DNA of 64,000 nucleotides from Acidobacteriota bacterium. GTDB taxonomy: Bacteria; Acidobacteriota; UBA6911; RPQK01; JAJDTT01. Made by a program: the position numbers and the translations under genes. The stretch covers positions 2,496,001-2,560,000 of the forward strand of contig CBDCJH010000002.1 in NCBI GenBank assembly GCA_965217775.1. The letters are read 5' to 3'. The notes under the pieces were generated by a model, which was not told where the DNA came from, did no database searches, and worked only from the letters and a program-made list of their open reading frames with translations. Shown here in pieces: positions 37,401 through 46,400 of this stretch (its first letter is position 1; every line of letters begins with the position of its first letter).

Positions 37401-40400
37401 CAGGCTGTCGGCATCGATACTCACGCCGTCCCGGTCGCTGTCGCCCCGGGAGACCTTGTACTCGAACTTCACGGCCGCCCCCGTGACACTCAGGTAGTCG
37501 GCCGTTCGATTCCGGCCGCCCACATTCAGCGTCAGCCGCGGGGTTCCCGTCACCACCACCGTTTCGTCGAACGTCACCGTCACCTCGATGAGATCTTCCA
37601 CCGCGTAGGTCCGATCCGACCCCGCATTGGAGGTGATCCTCACCATCTCGACCGTCGGTCCTCCCGCATCGCCTGTGTTGTTGGTGACGCTCTTGTTGAT
37701 CAACCGGTCCGCATCGTTGCCGGCCGTGTCCTGAATTGGGCTCGCGCTCGCCCCGGTCGGCACCGTATAGCTCACCCGCAGGCCCGTCTCCCAGTGCTCC
37801 ACCGCCGGAGTCAGGGTCAGCTCCACCGAGTTCCCGCTCACCCGGACTCCGGTGACCGCCCTCGTCTCGCTCCCCCCCGTCACGGTGAAAGCATCGTTCC
37901 CCGGCGCCGAGGATGTGTCCAGAGGCTCACTGTAGGCCAGCGTCAGCATCGTTCCGTTCGCGACGGCGCCGTCGGTGCTCGCCAGGACGGGTTTGATGCC
38001 GTCCACCTTCTGCCCGGTGTCGGCCGCCACGGTCGAGTGGGTCAGGACGGCATGGTTCCCTGCGGTATCCCGGATCGTCCCGGTCAGGCTGTCCGCCTCG
38101 ATGCTCACCCCGTCCGTGTCGCTGTCGTTGGTGGCGACCGTGTAGGCAAAGACCACCACCGCACCCGTGACGCTCTCGTAGTTCGCCGATCGATCCCGCT
38201 CGCCCACCTTCAGCGTCACCCGCGGGGTCCCGGTCACGGTCACGGTCTCGCTGAAGGTCACCGTCACCTCGATCTCCTCGCCGATGCCGTAGACGTCACG
38301 GCTGTCCGGAGGATCCGACGTGATCTCCACCGAGGTGACCGTCGGCGGAATCCGGTCCGGCGTCTCGTTCGTCACGGGCGCGCCGCTCAGTCCGTCCGCG
38401 TCGTTTCCGGCCCGGTCCTGAATCGGCGTCGCCCCCATCCCGGCCGGGACCGTGTAGCTCACCCGGATCCCCGTCTCCCAATGCGCCACGGCGGAGGAAA
38501 GAGTCAGATCCACCGCACTTCCCCTCAACGCAACATCGGAGACGGTGCGGGACGAAGACCCTCCCGACACGAAGAAGGCGCCGGACGGCGGCGTTGACGC
38601 CGAGTCCAACGTCTCGGTATAGGTCAGCGTCAGCGCCGCTCCGTTCACCACCGCTCCGCGGGTCGCCGCCAACTCCGGCTGGATGCCGTCCACCTTGTGC
38701 CGCGATTGGGTTCCCAGCGCCCGGTGATCCAGATCGGCCTCGTTGTCCGAGCCGTCCTTGAGGGTTCCTCCGTTGAGCGACAGGCTGTCGGCCGCGATGC
38801 TCACGCCGTTGGTGTCGACGTCGCCGGTGACCACCCGGTAGCGGAACAGGACTTCCGCGTCGGTGACGCTGTCGTAGTTCGCCGTTCGATCCTGTTCTCC
38901 CACCCTCAGCGTCAACTGCGGCGTCCCGGTCACGAAGACGTCCTCGCTGAAGGTCACCGTCACCTCGATCACGTCCCGGATCGCGTAAGTTGAATCCGAT
39001 CCCGCGTCCGACGTGATCTCCAGCCTGCTGACCGTCGGGCCCGTCGTATCCGGAATCGGGACGTCCACCGAGACCCGGGCACTGCGGCTCGCTTCGCCGC
39101 CGTTGATCACGGCCGCCACTTGATAGACGTAGGTGGCGCCGGCGGTCACGCCGGTATCGACGTATGCGCGGCTTGAAGTGTTCTCGGAGAGGATCCGGAC
39201 GGTGGTTCCGGAGGTGCGGTAGAGATTGTAGGTCACCCCAGAGACGGAGACGGCGGACCAGATCAGCGTCACCCGACCCAGCGCGGGGGTCGCCATCAGG
39301 GCCGGGCCGGCGCGAATCTGCTGGCCGAACTCCTGCCAGGTCTCCCCGCCGACCCCATTCGTGTCCACGGAAAGCGCGGGGTACTGGCTGGACGTCCCGA
39401 AGTCCCAGGGGGCGTCGTTCATGCCGTCCCCGTCCAGGTCCAGGTTCCAGTTCCGATAGATGCCGGCGTAGTCCGTGGGCGTCTGCAGGTTCGCCGTGGT
39501 CTGGGGCTGGCCGTAGGATCCGGATGCGCGTCCCGAGGTTTCGATATCCCAAAAGCTGTCGCTGATGGCGCCGCCGCCGGTGTTGCGTCCCACCAGCCCG
39601 CCGATGGTGCTTCGGCCCGAGACCAGACCGGTGGCGTAGCTGACGTTGACGTCACCGCTGTTCCGGCCGATCAATCCTCCCGCCTCGGAATCCCCCACGA
39701 CTCGGCCCGTCGCGTAGGCGGCGGTCACCTCGCCGCGGTTGGACCCGGCAAGACCGCCGACGCGGTCGTCTCCCGTCACCTGCACGGTGGAGTAGCTGAC
39801 GGTCACGGCCCCATCATTCAGGTTGGACCCGATCAGGCCGCCGACATCGTCGTCGCCAGTCACCTTTCCCGTGGCGAAGCATCCGCTGACGGCGCCGCCG
39901 TTGGACCCGACCAGGCCGCCGACGTTGTCCGTTCCCGTCACCTGGACAGCCACCAGCTCCAGGTTCCGGATGACGGCGGAGGATGTCGTCTCGCCGAACA
40001 ATCCGACATCGTTTCCACTCCTGTCGATAAACAGATTGGTGAGGGTTTCCCCGTTGCCCTCGAAGATCGCCGAGAAGCTGTCGGACGAGTCGCCGATCGG
40101 CACCCACCCGGCGCCGCCGTTCCAATAGGTGTCGCCGGCGTCGGCCTCGCCGCTATTGTCGGTGTCGAAGTCCGGATCGGCGCTCAGCTCGTACCCCACG
40201 CACCCGAAGAGTCCGCCGCAGGCCAGTTGGTCGCTCCCGTTGGCGAACGCCCTGGCATAGGACCTGGCGCCCGTGGTCGTCGGGACCCCATCCCCGTCCA
40301 GGTCATGACGGACGGCGTCGAGCTGAGCTGGATTGCTGATTTCGATGAGTCCGTCGTCGTCAGCGTCGTAGTCGGTCGTCGTGGTGGGCAGAACCGTCAC

Positions 40401-43400
40401 CGTGAACCGCTGTGTCCTGCTCTTGTTGGACCCCGTTTCGTCGGTCGCGGTCACCGTGATCGTCGCCTGACCCGCTCCGACCGATACCATCGTCACTCGC
40501 GTTCCCGCAACCGTCACCGAGGCGATGGTGGGGTCCGACGAGGACACGCCGTAGGTGATCGTGTCTCCCTCCGGATCCCGGAACGCCCCCGCCACCTCCG
40601 TCATGGCCGAGTCACCCACGCGCAGCGTTCGATCCGGCAAGGTTCCTACCGGCACTGGCCGGCTGTTGCCGACCACCGTTACCGACACTGTGGCGCTCCG
40701 CACGGCTTCGCCGCCGTTCACCACTGCAGCCACCTGGTAGACGTAGGTTTCGCCCGCGACGTCGGTGTCCGTGTACTCCCGCGCGGTGAGGTTCTCGGCG
40801 ATGGTCTCAAGGGTGGCGCCGTCGTCCCGGGTCACGGTGTAGGACAGGCTCGGCGCCGGGGTCCATGCACTACTCAACGGCACTTCGGTCCATTCCAGTT
40901 CCACCTGGCTCTGCCCGGCATTCTCCGTGGGTGTCGCGGTCAAGTTCGGACCGGACCGAAGCTGATAGCCGAACTCCTCCCACGTCGCATCGCCATCTCC
41001 ATTCCTGTCCGCTCGCAGGGCCGGGTACTGGCTGGAGGTTCCGAAATCCCAGGGATCATCGTTCACACTGTCTCCATTGATATCCAGGTTCCAGCTTCCA
41101 TAGATGCCACTGTAGCTCCGGGGCGACTGCAACTGCGCCGTCGTCCTGCCGAAGGGCAGGACCCCTGTCGCATGACCCGATGTTTGCTTGTCCCAGTAGC
41201 TGGCGTTGATGCTTCCCCCCTCGAACAACCCGATCAATCCATCGACATTGGAACCGCCCGACACAGTGCCCGTGGCGTAGCCGGCGCTGATCTCACCCGT
41301 TGATTTATTATTCCCGACGAGACCGCCCACGTCGGTATTCCCGGCCGCGCGGCCCGTGGCGTAGCTGGCGACAATCTCGCCACGGTTGTCCCCGACCAGC
41401 CCGCCCACGTCGTCGTCCCCTGAAACGTGACTTGTGGCATAGCTACCGCGAATTTCGGCGAAAAGGCTGTTGATCCCCACCAGACCGCCCACGTTATTGA
41501 TACTCGACACGCGGCCCGTGACGTAGCTGCTCCGAATTTTGCCGCGGTTGAGTCCAACCAGACCTGCGGCGAGCTCGGGTCCCGACACATCGGCATCGAT
41601 CAACCCGAGGTTCCGAATGTTGGAGGAAGATCCAGCGAAGCCGAACAACCCCACCAGGAATATCGTGTCGGTTCCGATAAACAGATGACTGACGGTATGC
41701 CCGTTGCCCTCGAAGTTCGCTGTGAATGGATTTTCCACGTGGTACGCCTGGGCGTCCAGCGTCGATCCGGCGCCGCCGATGGGCACCCACCCGGCACCGC
41801 CGTTCCAGTATTCGTCGGCGGCGTCGGCGGCGCCGTTGCCGTTGGTGTCGAAATCCAGATCCACCGTCAACTCGTAGCCTCGGCACCCGACCGAAAGGCT
41901 GCAACCCATCCACTCCACGGCATTTGCGAACGCTCTTTCATAGGAATTCTTCCCGCGGGCCGTGGGTGTGCCGTCGCCGTCCAGATCGTGACGGACGGCA
42001 TCGAGCTGCGCCAGATTGCCGATTTCGATGAGGCTGTCGTCGTCGGTGTCGTAGTCAACCGCGTTCGCCGGCCAGACCGTCACCGTGAATCGCTGAGTTG
42101 CTGAATTGTTCGACCCGGCGCTGTCGGTTGCAGTCACGGTGATCGCCGTCCGGCCTCCGGCTACCGGGGTGATGGTCAATTGGGCCGCAGACGAGGTGAC
42201 GGAGGCCACGGCCGTTTCCGATGAGGACGCCCCATAGGTGAGGGTGTCGCTCTCCGGGTCCCGGAACGCCTCCGAGAGTGCCACCGTCCCCGTGCCTGCA
42301 CCCACGCGCAGAAACAGATCCTCCAAGATCCCGACGGCTACCGGCGGTTGGTTGCCCTCGCCTACGATCACCGATACCGGTGCACTGCGGATCGCTTCAC
42401 CACCATCGAGCAGGGCCGTGACCCGGTAGGTGTAGGTGGCGCCGGTGGTCACATCCGTGTCGGTGTACCGGAGCGCCGTGGCGCCTTTCTCGACCGCCTC
42501 TTCCGTGGTTCCGTCGTCGCGCACGAGTGTGTAGGTGACGTCGGGCGCCGGGCTCCAGGGGCTCGTCGACACCTGAGTCCAAGCCAGAGCCACTTGGGCC
42601 TGGCCCTCCGTCGCCGCTGCCGTCAGGGTCAAGCCGCCCCGAACCTGGTACCCGAATTCCTGCCAGGTCGCGCTTCGGTTCCGATTCAGGTCCGCAGTCA
42701 GTGCGGGATACTGGCTGGACGTCCCGAAATGCCAGGGGGCGTCGGGCTCTCCATCGAGGTTGACGTCCAGATTCCAGGTTTCGTAGATGCCTTCGTAGTA
42801 CGTCGGTGCTTGAAGGACGGCGGTTGTCTGGCCGGCCAAGCCGATCGAATGCGACTCCGTGCCATCGATCACACCGTTTTCATTCGAGTCGTCCTCGCCG
42901 ACGCCGACGCGAACGCCCGACGCCTCCATATCCCAATAATTGCCACGGAGAACAACCTCCGAATGAGTGGTGCCCACCAGGCCGCCGACGCCCACGCTGC
43001 CGGAAACCATCCCCGTGGCATAGCTGGCAAATATGTGGCCGCCATACCTCCCCGGATAGCAGGCGTTTCCGACCAGGCCGCCGACACCGCCGCCACCGAG
43101 TTCACACTCGGACGCTCCCATCTGCCGTGACCCCGTTCCCGAAACGTTCCCGGTAGCGTAAGCGGCCCAGATCGAAGTGCCGGACGACCCCACCAACCCA
43201 CCTATGGCGTTGGCGCCCGACACGTCCCCGGTGGCATAGCAACTGCCTATTCGGGAATGGTTTAACAAGTTAGCTGCCTTGATTGTGGCTTGACTCCCAA
43301 TCAGTCCGCCAACACTATTTCTACCCGACACCTTGACGGCGGCGTAGCTCTCCCAAACACCGCTGTCGCTATCCCCGACAAGTCCACCCACCCTGTCCCG

Positions 43401-46400
43401 TCCAGCCACACGGCCTGAAGCATGACTCCGCCTGGTCTCTAAATCGTCGGCCCGGCCAACCAGGCTGCCGACCTTGTCCCGACCGCTGATGTCGACACCG
43501 ATCAACCCGACATCGAGAATGTCGAACCCCGCGTCTGTATGAATTTCATCAGCAAAAAGGCCCGGAACCGGACCCAATTGCCCGAACAAACCGATCTCAT
43601 CCTCGTCGGGCCGGTTGATGAACAGGTTGGTCAAGGAATGACCGTTGCCGTAGAACCTCACTATGAAGGGATCGTCCGAGTTTCCGATGGACAACCAACC
43701 CTTGCCCTCGTTCCAATAGGTGTCGTCCGAGTCGATGTTTCCATCGCCGTCGGTGTCGAAGTCCAGGTTCGCCGTCAGCTCATAACCGATGCATCCGTCG
43801 GTGGGAGGGCACCCCATTCCCAGAGCGCCCATGGGGTAGGCGGTGTAATACGGCATCCAGGTTGCGCCGTCCACTTGGCCATCGCCGTTGAGGTCGTACC
43901 GCAGGGCGTCGAGCTGCGCCAGATTGCCGACCTCGATCAGACCGTCATCATCGGTATCGTAGTCCCGACTCCCCGCCGTGATCGTGACCGAGACGGAGTC
44001 GACTGCGCTCAGGCCGTCGGGATCGATCGCGCGCAACCTCACCACGACGCGGCCGGGCGCCCCCGGGGTGATCGTCACCTGTGCGTTGCTTCGCGTGAGG
44101 GTCAGCCGGTCGGGGTCGCTCGACATCGCCTCATAGGTCAGCGTGTCGTCGTCCGGATCGTCGAAGACGTCCTCCAGATCGATGTCCACTGCATCGCCAC
44201 CCAGGGTGAATGTCCGGTCGGATTCGGCGTTCTCCACGGTCGGCGCCCGATTGCGGTCCGCCACTGCGGCATCGACGGCATCCACGGCGCCAGGAGCCAT
44301 CACGATGCCGGCTCCGGAATCGCGATCGACGCCGGTCGCCTCGATGTCCAGGACCGCGGTCCCGGTCGTCATTCCCGTACGGAGCTCCGCGAGCGTGACT
44401 TGGTTGGGACCACCGGCCGCCTCCAGCATCAACGCCGCGATGGCCGCCGCGTGCGGCGCCGCGGATGAAGTGCCGCAGAACGTCGAGAAGCCGGGCGTCG
44501 CCGTCGTCACGCACGTCGCAGCGGCGAGATCCGGCTTCTCCAGCAGTTGCCCGCCGGTCGAGGAGAAATTGCCGGCCGTGATCGCAGTGCCGTCCGGTTG
44601 GAAGAAGATCCGGCGCGGGCCGTCCGAATTTGCTCTCCGGACGGACTCATTCCCGTTGAAGACGCCGCCGGTCCCAGCAGCCGTGCGTACGTCGACCATC
44701 GCCACACCGATTGCGTTCTCCACCGCCGGATGCCCGTACATGTTACCAGCGGTAGCGATCGTCAACCGGCCGCCGAAGACTTGTACTCGCAGGTAGCGAT
44801 CCACGCCGGAGACCCTGACCACGACCACGCTGCGGCCAGACAAATGAACGTGGGGAATGAACTCGATCGGGTCCTGCGTTCCGTCCTGAGTATCGGTTGA
44901 GCTCTCGATTACGTCGCCGTCTTTATTGATCACGAACAGGTCGTAATCGTTCGTTGACACACCCAGCGGGTCGGCCCATTGAAGGACAATGGAGCCGTCC
45001 CCATAGTCGCTCAACGCGTTCGCTTCCACGCCACCGCCGAAGTCATGCCGGGCGCCGACTGTCTCACCGTCCACGACCAGCGTGCTTCCTGCGGCGTAGT
45101 CCCCCTCCCAGACGCTACTCGTGCCATTGGTCAGGTTGCCGTCGTTGCCGCCCGCCGAGAAGAAGAAACACCCGTCAGCGACCGCCGCATTGACTCCTTT
45201 CGCTATGATGCCGTCCTGAAAAACGGCTTCCGTGGAGTATCCGATGTCGTCGACGATGACGTTCGCACCGGCCTCGCAGAGCGCCTCGATGTTCTCCGCC
45301 ATCCGGGCCTCGCCTCCATAGCCTGTCGCGAAATACAATTCTGCTCCGGGCGCGAGGTCGTGGACGATCTCGAGCAGCGCCGTCCCCTCGTCCCCCTCTC
45401 CCTCCTCTCCCGGCAGCACCGTTACCCGGGCGGGTACGTCACCCGATGCCTGCCGGTCGGCGAGCGACCGGACACCGTCCGAGATCACGCCGATCCCGAT
45501 TCCAGTACCGTCGACCTTGTGAGTGCTGCGTGCCGAGTCCGCCCGATGGGCGACGTCACCTTCCGTGGTGTCGTCCTTTTTAGTGACCGGGAAATCCGCG
45601 GTCCGGGTCCGGGAGGCGGGAGAGAGTCTCGCGGCTTGGCCGCGTGTCCTGGCCTTGTCGGCGGGCCGGATGGTTCGGATCTCGTCCAGTGCGGCGAGCA
45701 TCACCACTGCGCGGAGCGGGATTTGCGCCCGGATGGCCTGGTACTTCGGAACGCTGCTGATGACCGTGCCGCCCAGCTCCCGGATCCGGATCAGGACGGC
45801 CGGCGTGACCTCGGCCCGGATGTCCACCATCACCCGTTCATCCGTGGCTTGCGGGTCCGTCCCTTCGAGACGGCCGGCCGCTGGCGGCTTCTGCCGCGGT
45901 GTCCGGCGGGCATCCAGAAGCTGCGAACTCACCTTCCGCTCGGCCGGCGTCCGGCGGACCTTGGCCGATAGCAGCGACTGGATCTGCCGCACGGCCCTCG
46001 CCGGCAGCCGGCCGCCGGCCGGCTTCGTCTCCTCGCCGGTCCGGTTCGTCATCGCCGCCGCATCGCTGTCCAAGAGAGCAGGCTTGACGCCGTCCACCCT
46101 CTGGCCGGCTTGGTCCGGCAGTCCCGCATGGTCCAGCTCTGCGGCATTGTCCGAACCGCCCTCGATTGCTCCGTTGTCCACGGAAAGGCTGTCCGCCTCG
46201 ACACTCAACCCGTCGGTGTCTTCATCGTCCTCGGCTACGGTGTAGGAGAACACCAGCGCCGTCGTGCCGGCGCCGCCAGTGTAGCTCGCGCTCCGGGTGA
46301 GGCTCCCCACCGTCAGCCCCAACTGCGGCGTCCCGGCCACGGTCACCGGTTCGCTGAAGGTCACCGTCACCTCGATCGCGTCCCCGATCCCGTAGGTCTC

